A DNA stretch of 64,000 bases, taken from positions 32,001-96,000 of IMG/VR virus record IMGVR_UViG_3300050821_008386. One strand, given 5' to 3'. This stretch comes from a virus. The position numbers and the translations under genes were made by a program. A model generated the notes under the pieces. It was not told where the DNA came from. It searched no databases and saw nothing but the letters and a program-made list of their open reading frames with translations. Each line of letters begins with the position of its first letter. Position 1 is the first letter of the stretch. Below, piece after piece: positions 46,832 to 56,211 of this stretch.

Positions 46832-49800
46832 TTAGGTTCCAGCGGAACGAATTTCAACAAAATGAACTTCAGCAATATCGGCCATGGTATCCGATCCAGA
46901 GGTTCCCAACCGATAAACGTTGACCACAAAGACGTCTCCGGCCGCTACGCTGTTCAGGTTGCCGGATGTCACCGCGACCGTGGAAATTGTCACCTGATCG
47001 ACCGTTCCCGTCGTAGCCGAGGTCACCGTATTGGCTGTGCCGAAACTGGTCGAAGCAATCGATGCGGCGGCGTTCAGGCGAGCAAACGCGACATCCCAAA
47101 CCACGTTGCCGGTCGTAGCCGTGTGCGCGCTCCAATGGATCAAAACGTTTACGCCGCTGCCAAGGTTGGCGTTGATCGGCATGGCGTCGATAAAGATCAT
47201 GTCCGTCCGAACCGACTGAGCGCAATCCAATACCGGAAGTCCGTAAGCGCCTCGGGTATTAAAGGCTGGGTAAGTGGTGGAAAACGGGATGTTATCCGAG
47301 GCTTTAAACCGACTGTAAGTGATTGTCGGGGTGGTCCAGGTCGCGTCACCGCGCAGATATTGATAGGTATTGTTCGGGGGCGTCGGGACGTATCCCACTG
47401 TGGTTGCGGTGGCGCTCGGGGGCGTCGCAAACGTAGCGTCACCTCTAAGGAAAGTGGTGACGTTATTGGGCGGCGTCGGGACGTATCCGGCAACCGTTGC
47501 TGTAGCGCTGGGAGGGGTGATAAACGTCGCGGCGCCAGAGAGAAATGTGGTGGTGTTATTCGGCGGGACAGGGATCATCCCGCTCGTTGTCGCGGTAGCC
47601 AGTCCCCCCACGCCTGCAGCATAAAACGCAGGTTGCTGGCTCGCAGTCGATCCGGCGTTATTGGTGTTCCCATTGTTCCTGATCGTGATCGAGGTGCCCG
47701 AATTGACCGCAGTCACTTCGCAAACGCCAAGTCCGGGAGCGTACAGCCCCATGTTCTGGCGCATGTTCGAGCTCGAATCGACTGTGACCGTCACCGTTCC
47801 GGCAACTGCAGGCCAGGTGAACGTTGCCGTCGAGATGGCAAGTGGCGGCCCTTGCACCCAAGAGGAATCGCCTCTTAACCATTTGTCCGTACCGTTGGAT
47901 GCCGGCAGAACCGGGACCAGACCGCTGACCGACGTGGTAGCAGGCCCGATAACGTCGGTACCGCCCGTGACGTGCGTCGCTTCGTGTAGTGGTGGCGCGG
48001 TCGGAATCGAGCCAAGACTTGAGTAAGCCAGTGTCCCGAATGCGCCCGTGCCCAAGAGGACTTTGGTAGCGTCATTAGGCGGGACTGGAAGCATACCGGA
48101 AGCGGTAGTGGTAGCCAGTGCGCCTGCAGTCCCTATGAAAATGCTGGTGCCCGAATTAACCGTTCCTGAAGTGGCGTTCCCGCTGTTTCCGTTATTCCTT
48201 AAAACGCAATGGGTAGAGTCAGCGATGCTCGTGACTTCCGCGACGCCGAAGGCAGGCACATAGACTGCGGCGCCGACCATCATCTGGCTGCTTGACCCGA
48301 CAAGGATCGAGCTAGTGGACGATCCTACCGCAGGCCAAGTGAAGTTGGCTCCCGCAGTAGTGGATGCGCCGCCGGGAGGTGTGGCAAACGTTCCATCCCC
48401 ACGCAAATAGGTCGAAGTACTGCCCGAACTGGTTCCCGGAACAAGCCCAGCCGTAGTCGTGCCTGACCAAGTCGGAACAGCGGCCCATGTCGCGTCACCG
48501 CGCAAAAACGTGGTAGTGGTGTTCGGAGGCAGAGGAACCAGACCGACGTTGCCCGCACCCGCAGAAACCTTGGCGACACCGGGCGACACCACAAAGACAA
48601 GGCAGGTCGGAATCGTGGTAACCGGGGCGGGATTGGTGATGTACCCCTGATTGGTCATCACCAGATGCGTGCCGTCCGTGACTGTGGTCACTTCCAGGTA
48701 GCAGCATGTGGCACCGCTGCCGGTCGCGAAAAAGAGCGTCATCCCGACATCCCAATTGGATGTGCTGGTGAACGTGACCGAAACCGTTGATCCTACCGCT
48801 GGTAAAGAAAACGATGCCGTAGTGGCATTGGAATCAGGTAGGAACGCCCACGAGTTATCCGCTCTGAGCCATTGCGTAGTCTGGCCTGTCGCCGGTAACC
48901 CGGCTACGATACCCGCCACGCCCGTGGATGCCAGAGCAAGTCCGCTCGGCGCTGACCATGTGCCGTCTGCTCTGAGGAAGTTGCTCGTCGATCCGGTCAG
49001 GGTCAGGAGCAATCCTGCGTTGCTACTGGTTGCCAGAGGGAAACTGTTCGAGGCAAACCAACCGCGTGTTCCGCCCGAACTGGTCCCGTAAACCATCGAG
49101 TTGCCGGGTGAAGCAGTGTCGTTGACCAGGTTGAGCGTCAGGTCAGCGTTGAGTTGTCCGCCCCCAGTCAGAGAATACTGGGTATTGACGTTCCGGGTCA
49201 GCGGAACGCCGGTAGTTGGAGGCGCAACCCATGAACCGTTAGCACAGAGAAACTGTGTTGAATTTCCGGTCGGAACAGGAGTGATACCCGCTCCGGTCGA
49301 GGTCATCACCGGGGGGCCGTTCAGATTGACTTGGCCTGCGTTGACCGTCGATGCCGCTGCGGTGTTCCCAGTCGCCCCGAGGTTAACCAGGACCGCAGTG
49401 GTGCCGTTAGCAATCGATTGGACCGTGTAATAATTGGTGACCGGCGTGGTATCGACAGTCGCGATACACATTCCGGCCTGTAGATTGGTCGTACTGAGGA
49501 ACGTGACCGAAACCGTGCCGGAAATAGCAGGCTGAGTGAATGAAGCGGAGATCGTCCAGTAAAACGGGATATTGACCCATGTGGCGTCGCCCCTGAGCCA
49601 TTGACTGGTGCCATTAGATGCCGGGAGAACAGGCGCGAGTCCCGCGACACTGGTCGATACCGCTGGGACAACAGCATACGTTCCGTCGCCACGGAAGAAG
49701 TGCGCCGTGTTCCCGTCATAAGCCGTGATCAGGCCGGGAGTTGATCCAGTGACATTCGGAACCACTGTCCACGTTGCGTCGCCACGAAGGAATTTAGCGG

Positions 49801-52800
49801 TCGGGGCTGAAGACGGGAGAACCGGAACCAGACCTGTCCTGACGCCAGCGACTACCGGGATTGTATCGGTGCCGTTATCGAGGTGAGTCGCTTCATGTCC
49901 GCTCGGAGTGAACGTGCTCGGGACACCGGTCAACTGCGAGTAAGCGATCGAGAGACTGGAAATCAGCGCAAACGCGTTGAGTCCATTCGCGTAATAAGTC
50001 GCTCCTGCGGAGGCCGGGAGTTGCGCCAGAAGTCCCGCAGCGCTGGTTGTGGCGAGGCCTGGCCCGCTCGGTGTCGTTGCCCATGTTCCGTCCGCGCGTA
50101 AAAAGAACGTTGTCCCGACACCATTGGAACCGGGAACCAATCCGCTCGTAGTGGTCGAAGTCGAGAAGTTGGAAATTGGATCAGCGCCCGTACTGATGTG
50201 GCTGGAGGCATGCGCGCTCGGAGCGAATGTCATAGGCAGGCCGGACAGAGACGCATAAGCGATCTGTGCCGATAACGTCGACATCAACACCCACGTGTTA
50301 TCGCCTCTCAAGACGGATGTCGCCTGATTAGTTGCCGGAAGGCCCGCGACTGCGCCTGCGGTGCCCGTAGTTGCTAATGCGCCGACCGCCGGGACTGCCC
50401 AAGTCGCATCCCCCCTCAAAAACTGAGTTGTGCCACCGGGCGCTGAAGGCGCGTATCCGACCGCTCCAACGGTGACCGTTGGCGGAATCGAGAACGTGCC
50501 ATCTGAACGCAGGAAATTGATCGTGTCATTGAGACTGGCTGGAACAAAACCGGGTTTACCGCCGGCAGCAACTCCGGGTCCAGCAAGAGTGACAGCGGAT
50601 GACGTGGCGAATGTGACTGATCCCGTGGTCGAAAAAGCGTATCCGCGATTGTTGAGGACCGCATGAATCCCGTCGCCATTGACCGAGATGACCTCAAGGA
50701 ACGCCTGGTTCGGCGGAACGTTGCTGTCTTCCACCACGATCGTGGATCCGACAGTCATCCCCACGTTAGTGACAAAAGCTACGTTAACAGTGGCGCCGAC
50801 ACCCGGCAGAACAAAGGTGCCGTTCGTCTCCCAACTGTAAGAGAGCGGCAACCAACCCCTGTTTCCAGTAGCGTCAGTCGAATAAAACCTGAAGGGGCCC
50901 GGATTAAGCTGGTCCGAAACCAGTTGGACCGGAGAACCAACCGAACCTGTGCCCGAAACGGAGTATTGCGTCGTGACAGTGCTTAACCCGCCCGCGCCCG
51001 GAGGCACTTGCCATGAACCTTGACCGTTCAAAAACAGGTTCGAATTATTGGGCAGCGTAGGAACGAACCCAGCGGACGTCCCCGCAGCAACTCCCGGCCC
51101 GATAATGAACGCTTGCCCACCCGGTATTTGCGTTCCGGGCGCGGGATTGGTCTGATACCCCTGATTAGTGAGATTGACCAGACCGACCCCGATCCCAGTC
51201 ACCTCCATGAAACATTCAGTCGAATTATCCGACCCTTGAACGCCCATGAAGAGCGTCATCCCCAGATCGAGAATCACCGTGCTGTTGACCGGGACATTGG
51301 TCACCGCTGAACCGACAGCAGGCATCGTGAACGGCGATGAAATAAGGATGCTGTTTAAAGGTAATTCCCATGAATTATCTCCGCGCAACCAGTAGTTGGT
51401 GGCAGCAGAACTCGGCAACCCGGCGAGATAACCTGATGTACCGCTGGAAGCTAGAAGCGGAGTAGCGAAATTACCGTCGCCTCGAAGGAACACCGCAGCG
51501 CTTCCTCCGCTATTTGCTGGAACTAATCCCGCTGTCGTGGTCCCGCTGAATACAGGCACGCCCGTGATCTGGGTAAAAGCGATAGAGAGCGCACTGATCA
51601 GTTGCCATGTATCGTCGCCTCTCAGGTAATAAGACGCCTGAGACGACGATTGCAGCGCGGGAATGATGCCGCCAGAACTGGTGGTCGCAAGCTGCGCGGA
51701 CGGCGGCGCGGCCCATCCACCATCTGCCCGCAGGAAATTGACTGTACCGCCTCCGCTTAACGGCGCATAGCCCGGTGTCGTCGCGGTGAATGCTGGAGGG
51801 GTAATGAAGGTCGCTGCACCCGAGAGGAACACTGCGGCGCTGCCTGTAGGTGTAGGAACTAATCCAGCAACCGATGATGTTGCTTGCGGCATCGATACGG
51901 AAGCGAACCAACCGCGTGTTCCACCAGAATTAGTGCCGTAGAAAGAGGATGCGGCAGGTGTGGTCTGGTCGTTGACCAGATTAAAGGTCCGCGGCGCGCT
52001 CAGATCGCCACCGCCCGCGATCGATTGTTGGCCGGTCAAGGTTTCGGTATGCAGAACGTCACCGGAACCTGTGGGTGTCGTCCATGTGCCCGAAGAATTG
52101 AGATAGGTGCCCGCAGATCCGGCTACCGGCACCAACCCGGTCGAGGACGATGTAAAGACCGGAATCAGGTCAGTCGCTGTTCCTCCACTGATATGAGTGG
52201 TGGCGTGCGCGGTCGGAGTAAAGGTTGTCGGTACTCCTGAGATACTGGAATAAGGGACCGAAATCCAAGTGCCGGAACCGCTTAAAAACGTCGTAAGATT
52301 GCCAGGAAACGGCGCGACAATGCCCGCAACTGTAGTGCTGACCGCCGGGAGTTGCTGGAATGTGGCGTCACCGCGCAACCAGAAGCTCGTGTTGTTATTG
52401 GGTGCCGGAAGAAGTCCGCTAGTCGTCCCGGTCGCGACCGGTATCGAGGCCCAACTAGCGTCGCCACGTAAGAAATTGGTGGTCGGAGATACCGTTGGCA
52501 AAACAGGGACAAGACCGTTCTGAGAAGTCGTTGGCGGACCAATCGGGTCACTGCCGCCGGCGCGATGCGTCGCAGCGTGCGCGCTCGGCGTAAACGAAGT
52601 AGGAATCGTTCCCGACGCGATCTGACTCCACGTGATCGACAGAGTCGAAAGAAGCGTCCAGGCGTTTGCCCCATTGAGGTAATACGTCGCTCCGGCAGTC
52701 GCTGGCAACTGCGCCACGGCTCCTATCGAAGAGGTGGTGACCACTGAACCCGCAGGTGCCGCATAAACGCCGTCTGCTCGCAGGAAATTGGCGGTGCCAC

Positions 52801-53875
52801 CTGCGCTGGTCGGAACTAATCCGGCAGAACTGCCAGCGAAAATCGGCACACCAGTGATCTGGCTATAAGTCAGGGATAATCCGCTGATCAGATGCGGTTC
52901 ATTGTCGCCGCCCCAGTAATAGGTGATCTGGTTGGTCGACGGCAACTGGTTCATCAACCCAGCGCCTGAACTTGAGGCAACGCCACCGCCGCCGGGAGGA
53001 ACGTTCCATGTCCCGTCCGCCCGCAGATAAGCTGAACTGCCACCGGGCGATCCCGGCACTAACCCGGAAGTTGCTCCTGAAATTGCGAAGTTAGGAATGA
53101 CATCCGTTCCACCTGTGACGTGAGTGCTTTCGTGCGGACTCGGAGCGAATGTGGCCGGAATCGACGCGAGTTGCGAGTAGACCGGTTGAGCGAATGATCC
53201 GTCTCCACGATAGAACGTAAGCGCGTTATTCGGTAACTGAGGCGATAAGCCCGGAGCGGTGATACTGGCGATCGGGATGGGATTCCACGTGGCGTCGCCA
53301 CGCAGGAAATAAGTCGGTTGATTGGCAGCAACCGGGAGGACGGGCACTAACCCGTTGGTCGAGGTTGTCGGGGGCCCGATCGGATCGCTACCGCTGGTTC
53401 GGTGCGTGGCGGCATGCGGACTTGGCGGGAAACTCAGAGGAATAGCAGTCAATTGCGCCCATCCGATCGACAGTCCGCTGGTCAATTGCCAGGAACCGTC
53501 GCCGCGGAGGTAATAAGAAAATCCTGAACTCCCCGGCAAAATAGGGACTAAACCCGCTACCGTGGTCGTGACCACGCCGTAGACCTGGCCGGGAGGTGCA
53601 GCGAACGTCCCATCTGCTCTCAGGAATAAAGCCGTGCCACCCGGCAGAGAAGTGATTCCAGTATAGGGAACCTGAGTGGCAACAAGAGCTTTATCGACGT
53701 ATCCGGCGCCGGGATTAATCGTCGCGAAAACGCTCTGCATCATATCGCCGTTTCCGCCTCCACCGCCGGAATTGGTGATCGTGATGACGCCTAATGCCGC
53801 AAGATTGAAAGTAGCGACTTCAGTCTGCGTCAAAGGGACAAGTGCAAGATTGTCTACGACTTGGACTGTAGGCAT
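46832..53875 (-). CDS. Very long repeat fibre protein, 2347 aa
   Basis: Dozens of GLVP...[FYW]LR[GA]D[GAN][TS][WF] repeats, seven HxxxH..GxDxI motifs and about six FTxPAVGxTV beta modules. Confidence 0.85.
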   Translation of the reverse strand: MPTVQVVDNLALVPLTQTEVATFNLAALGVITITNSGGGGGNGDMMQSVFATINPGAGYVDKALVATQVPYTGITSLPGGTALFLRADGTFAAPPGQVYGVVTTTVAGLVPILPGSSGFSYYLRGDGSWQLTSGLSIGWAQLTAIPLSFPPSPHAATHRTSGSDPIGPPTTSTNGLVPVLPVAANQPTYFLRGDATWNPIPIASITAPGLSPQLPNNALTFYRGDGSFAQPVYSQLASIPATFAPSPHESTHVTGGTDVIPNFAISGATSGLVPGSPGGSSAYLRADGTWNVPPGGGGVASSSGAGLMNQLPSTNQITYYWGGDNEPHLISGLSLTYSQITGVPIFAGSSAGLVPTSAGGTANFLRADGVYAAPAGSVVTTSSIGAVAQLPATAGATYYLNGANAWTLLSTLSITWSQIASGTIPTSFTPSAHAATHRAGGSDPIGPPTTSQNGLVPVLPTVSPTTNFLRGDASWASIPVATGTTSGLLPAPNNNTSFWLRGDATFQQLPAVSTTVAGIVAPFPGNLTTFLSGSGTWISVPYSSISGVPTTFTPTAHATTHISGGTATDLIPVFTSSSTGLVPVAGSAGTYLNSSGTWTTPTGSGDVLHTETLTGQQSIAGGGDLSAPRTFNLVNDQTTPAASSFYGTNSGGTRGWFASVSMPQATSSVAGLVPTPTGSAAVFLSGAATFITPPAFTATTPGYAPLSGGGTVNFLRADGGWAAPPSAQLATTSSGGIIPALQSSSQASYYLRGDDTWQLISALSIAFTQITGVPVFSGTTTAGLVPANSGGSAAVFLRGDGNFATPLLASSGTSGYLAGLPSSAATNYWLRGDNSWELPLNSILISSPFTMPAVGSAVTNVPVNSTVILDLGMTLFMGVQGSDNSTECFMEVTGIGVGLVNLTNQGYQTNPAPGTQIPGGQAFIIGPGVAAGTSAGFVPTLPNNSNLFLNGQGSWQVPPGAGGLSTVTTQYSVSGTGSVGSPVQLVSDQLNPGPFRFYSTDATGNRGWLPLSYSWETNGTFVLPGVGATVNVAFVTNVGMTVGSTIVVEDSNVPPNQAFLEVISVNGDGIHAVLNNRGYAFSTTGSVTFATSSAVTLAGPGVAAGGKPGFVPASLNDTINFLRSDGTFSIPPTVTVGAVGYAPSAPGGTTQFLRGDATWAVPAVGALATTGTAGAVAGLPATNQATSVLRGDNTWVLMSTLSAQIAYASLSGLPMTFAPSAHASSHISTGADPISNFSTSTTTSGLVPGSNGVGTTFFLRADGTWATTPSGPGLATTSAAGLLAQLPASAGATYYANGLNAFALISSLSIAYSQLTGVPSTFTPSGHEATHLDNGTDTIPVVAGVRTGLVPVLPSSAPTAKFLRGDATWTVVPNVTGSTPGLITAYDGNTAHFFRGDGTYAVVPAVSTSVAGLAPVLPASNGTSQWLRGDATWVNIPFYWTISASFTQPAISGTVSVTFLSTTNLQAGMCIATVDTTPVTNYYTVQSIANGTTAVLVNLGATGNTAAASTVNAGQVNLNGPPVMTSTGAGITPVPTGNSTQFLCANGSWVAPPTTGVPLTRNVNTQYSLTGGGQLNADLTLNLVNDTASPGNSMVYGTSSGGTRGWFASNSFPLATSSNAGLLLTLTGSTSNFLRADGTWSAPSGLALASTGVAGIVAGLPATGQTTQWLRADNSWAFLPDSNATTASFSLPAVGSTVSVTFTSTSNWDVGMTLFFATGSGATCCYLEVTTVTDGTHLVMTNQGYITNPAPVTTIPTCLVFVVSPGVAKVSAGAGNVGLVPLPPNTTTTFLRGDATWAAVPTWSGTTTAGLVPGTSSGSTSTYLRGDGTFATPPGGASTTAGANFTWPAVGSSTSSILVGSSSQMMVGAAVYVPAFGVAEVTSIADSTHCVLRNNGNSGNATSGTVNSGTSIFIGTAGALATTTASGMLPVPPNDATKVLLGTGAFGTLAYSSLGSIPTAPPLHEATHVTGGTDVIGPATTSVSGLVPVLPASNGTDKWLRGDSSWVQGPPLAISTATFTWPAVAGTVTVTVDSSSNMRQNMGLYAPGLGVCEVTAVNSGTSITIRNNGNTNNAGSTASQQPAFYAAGVGGLATATTSGMIPVPPNNTTTFLSGAATFITPPSATATVAGYVPTPPNNVTTFLRGDATFATPPSATATTVGYVPTPPNNTYQYLRGDATWTTPTITYSRFKASDNIPFSTTYPAFNTRGAYGLPVLDCAQSVRTDMIFIDAMPINANLGSGVNVLIHWSAHTATTGNVVWDVAFARLNAAASIASTSFGTANTVTSATTGTVDQVTISTVAVTSGNLNSVAAGDVFVVNVYRLGTSGSDTMADIAEVHFVEIRSAGT
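47340..47580 (-). repeat. Recent 93-nt tandem duplication within the long fibre gene
   Basis: cgtcgggacgtatcc at 47381 and 47474; encodes PPSATATxxGYVPTPPNN twice with 31-aa period. Confidence 0.8.
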
Positions 53876-54502
53876 TTATGGGTCTGGTAAAATTTGGAGT
53901 TCGCCGTGAAGACAGGTGACGAGATAAGGGCCCGGTGAAGGGTCAGATGTCGCGTATCGGACGTAAAACGGATAGAGTCCGACAGGCACACTGGTGATCG
54001 AGGAGGGAATGATCATGACCGTCTGACCTACCTGCCCGAGTTGATAAACGTTGGATCCTTGCGCCACTGTTCCAGTGGACAGATTTCCTTCCAGCCCTGC
54101 GTTCTGGATCACCGCGTTAAACCCGTCTGTCACCGAGACGATGGTATAAACCCCTGCGCCAGTGATAAAAAGTTGCTGGCCTGCGTTGAATTGTCCGGTC
54201 GACATGAACGTTGCCGACACCGAAGCGTTAAATGCCGGGATCGTAATGCCGGGAGTAGCCACCTGCGTAATCGGCGTACCCGTCGATGGTGCCTGAATAG
54301 TCCAGGTCACCGTTTGCGTTCCTGCCGGCAGCGTTACGCTAAAGGTGAAGGTCCATCCCGCTATGTTGATCGGTTGCCCGTTCAACGTTAGCGTGATCAA
54401 CGTCGCCTTAACGTCGCCTTGTCGCCTTTGCAGGATCGTAAACGGCAAGTCGGTAGGCAACGTCGTCGGAGACGGAATCGTTGCGCCGTAAGGGTAACTC
54501 AC
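53876..54502 (-). CDS. Structural protein, BppU-N-like with inserted fibre module
   Basis: RRQGD..LITLTLNGQPINIAGWTFTFSV N-terminus and GLYPFYV..GELQI C-terminus interrupted by an ITIPAFNASVSATF module. Confidence 0.6.
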   Translation of the reverse strand: MSYPYGATIPSPTTLPTDLPFTILQRRQGDVKATLITLTLNGQPINIAGWTFTFSVTLPAGTQTVTWTIQAPSTGTPITQVATPGITIPAFNASVSATFMSTGQFNAGQQLFITGAGVYTIVSVTDGFNAVIQNAGLEGNLSTGTVAQGSNVYQLGQVGQTVMIIPSSITSVPVGLYPFYVRYATSDPSPGPYLVTCLHGELQILPDP

Positions 54503-54939
54503 AATTTAAAGAGGTGATTAGCTCCCGTATCGATGTTGATCGTGATATTCGATCCGTTGGAAGTAACCGGCAGACCGGTCGCATTCGCCGAATCGATGTA
54601 GGCAATCAGGTTCGAGGTCGCCGCAACCGTGGTGTTGCGAACGATGACCACCGCGTTGACCACGAACCCGCTGGTGACCGCCGTAAAAACAATCGACGCG
54701 CAACTGGCGACGCCAGCTGCCGCTGTCTTACTGGTCAAAGCAACCAGCGACGGTGCCGCAATCGCTCCAGTGGGAATGATTGAGTAAAACTGGTCTGTCC
54801 CAGAAGCCACCGTGTACGAGGACGACACAAGCGTAGCGGCAATCGTACTGGTCAGCCAATCGATCGCCCCGCCAGAACCGCCCGAACCGCTCGCGCTTAA
54901 GAAGGCGTTCCGGCCTAGGTCATAGAGAAATGTTGCCAT
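54499..54939 (-). CDS. Conserved phage structural (minor tail-type) protein
   Basis: LYDLGRNAFL..IDW..LIAYID..LPVTSNGSNITI..LFKL pattern typical of small structural genes preceding fibre genes. Confidence 0.7.
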   Translation of the reverse strand: MATFLYDLGRNAFLSASGSGGSGGAIDWLTSTIAATLVSSSYTVASGTDQFYSIIPTGAIAAPSLVALTSKTAAAGVASCASIVFTAVTSGFVVNAVVIVRNTTVAATSNLIAYIDSANATGLPVTSNGSNITINIDTGANHLFKL

Positions 54940-54995
54940 AATTTAGGTTGGGACTTGTTCGAATAATGATATTAGCAGGAATATGCGAAACAGCA

Positions 54996-55023
54996 TTGTT
55001 GTAATTACGCGTTCGCGTATACT
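54996..55023 (+). promoter_or_regulatory. Putative sigma70-type promoter for the HNH gene, probably leaderless
   Basis: TTGTTG (54996-55001), 16 nt, TATACT (55018-55023), then 6 nt to ATG 55030. Confidence 0.45.
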
Positions 55024-55029
55024 TACAGC

Positions 55030-55869
55030 ATGCAAGACATGACAGGACAGAAATTCGGAAAATGGACCGTTCTTCACAGGACTGAAGAGGTGTCCACAGA
55101 TAAGAGAACTTATTGGATATGCGAGTGCGGAGGATGCGGAAGGAAGTTCCGAGTGGATGGGCATAATCTCAGGTCCGGTTCCACTACGCAGTGTCGATAT
55201 TGCGGGTACGCCTCCATCCGTGGAAGGAAGGACGCAGTTCGTCCCAACTTGGTGGGGAAACGCTTTAATATGCTGACCGTACTCAGCAGAGCGGATAACA
55301 TCGGATCGCATCCCGCTTGGCGTGTGAAATGCGAACGCTGTGGCACTGAGAAAGTTATTAGAGAACAGGCCATTACGAGCCTTAGAACCAAGAGTTGCGG
55401 ATGCTATCAAAAGCAGGGGCAAATAGAGGCCCACACAAAGCACGGAATGGCACGGTCTAGGGAATACGGTATCTGGCGCAGCATGAGGAAACGATGCCAA
55501 GACCCAAAGCATCCATCCTACGAAGGATATGGCGGCAGAGGCATAAGAGTATGCGAGAGATGGGATAAGTCGTTTGCAGACTTTATAGCGGATGTAGGCA
55601 GAGCACCCTCGAAACATCATCAACTCCACAGGAAGGAGAACAATGGGAATTATGAACCGAATAACTGGGAATGGAGCACTCGCACGGACAATATGCGCAA
55701 CCGTAGAAATACCCGATACATCGAAGTCGCTGGGAAAAAGCTTCCGCTTATTACCTTCTGTGAGTCTATCGGAATCTCCGTTAAGGCAGTCGCGTATCAT
55801 CTGGATAATGGAAAATCATTAGCGGAGGCAATAGCAATAATACGTCCTGTGACTACGGAGGTGATATGA
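55030..55869 (+). CDS. HNH homing endonuclease with duplicated N-terminal Cys-rich DNA-binding repeats
   Basis: GQKFGKWTV..WICEC and GKRFNMLTV..KCERCG..TKSCGC repeats; WRSMRKRC..YGGRGIRVCERW..RKENNGNYEPNN.EW..NMRNRR. Confidence 0.92.
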   Translation: MQDMTGQKFGKWTVLHRTEEVSTDKRTYWICECGGCGRKFRVDGHNLRSGSTTQCRYCGYASIRGRKDAVRPNLVGKRFNMLTVLSRADNIGSHPAWRVKCERCGTEKVIREQAITSLRTKSCGCYQKQGQIEAHTKHGMARSREYGIWRSMRKRCQDPKHPSYEGYGGRGIRVCERWDKSFADFIADVGRAPSKHHQLHRKENNGNYEPNNWEWSTRTDNMRNRRNTRYIEVAGKKLPLITFCESIGISVKAVAYHLDNGKSLAEAIAIIRPVTTEVI

Positions 55870-56144
55870 ACCTCTGTACTAAAAAAATCGCATGTCCTAA
55901 ATGCGGAGAAAAGCGAACTAAGGATGGTCAAGATCCCTGCATAGCTAATCTTCCGGGAGTGATAAATGCATGTTGCGGACATGGGGTTAAAGAAGGATAC
56001 GTGATGTTCGATAACGGGATAGTGATTAGAGGAATATTTGAAAGAGATCACTTTAAGGACCACGTTTTTAACCGAGATCTGAGGGAAAACGGATTCTTAG
56101 GTATCGAGTCGCAAGATCCAAAGAATAGGTTACTGAAACAGTAG
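55866..56144 (+). CDS. Small Cys-rich hypothetical protein
   Basis: CPKCG..DPCIANLPGVINACCGHG; ATGA overlap with the HNH gene. Confidence 0.75.
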   Translation: MNLCTKKIACPKCGEKRTKDGQDPCIANLPGVINACCGHGVKEGYVMFDNGIVIRGIFERDHFKDHVFNRDLRENGFLGIESQDPKNRLLKQ

Positions 56145-56167
56145 ACATCTTCTACTTCCTGCATCTT

Positions 56168-56201
56168 AAAAGGGAGAGCCTGATATAGCTCTCCCTTTTT
56201 T
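56168..56201. terminator. Bidirectional rho-independent terminator
   Basis: aaaagggagagc-ctgatata-gctctccctttt perfect 12-bp inverted repeat with T-runs on both strands, between convergent genes. Confidence 0.9.
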
Positions 56202-56211
56202 GTTCAATCCA

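Noticed and set aside
46832-53875. Possible CRISPR array or diversity-generating retroelement among the repeats
   Set aside because: Repeats are degenerate at synonymous positions and in frame; no identical repeat-spacer pattern, reverse transcriptase or adenine-specific variant pair was seen.
46205-54502. Readthrough fusion across the in-frame TAA-ATG junctions at 53875/53876 and 46831/46832
   Set aside because: Each downstream gene has its own ATG and a typical N-terminus; ordinary translational coupling explains the layout.
54943-55800. 285-aa minus-strand ORF that would keep the operon on one strand
   Set aside because: It is the antisense of a clear HNH endonuclease and has no recognisable features.
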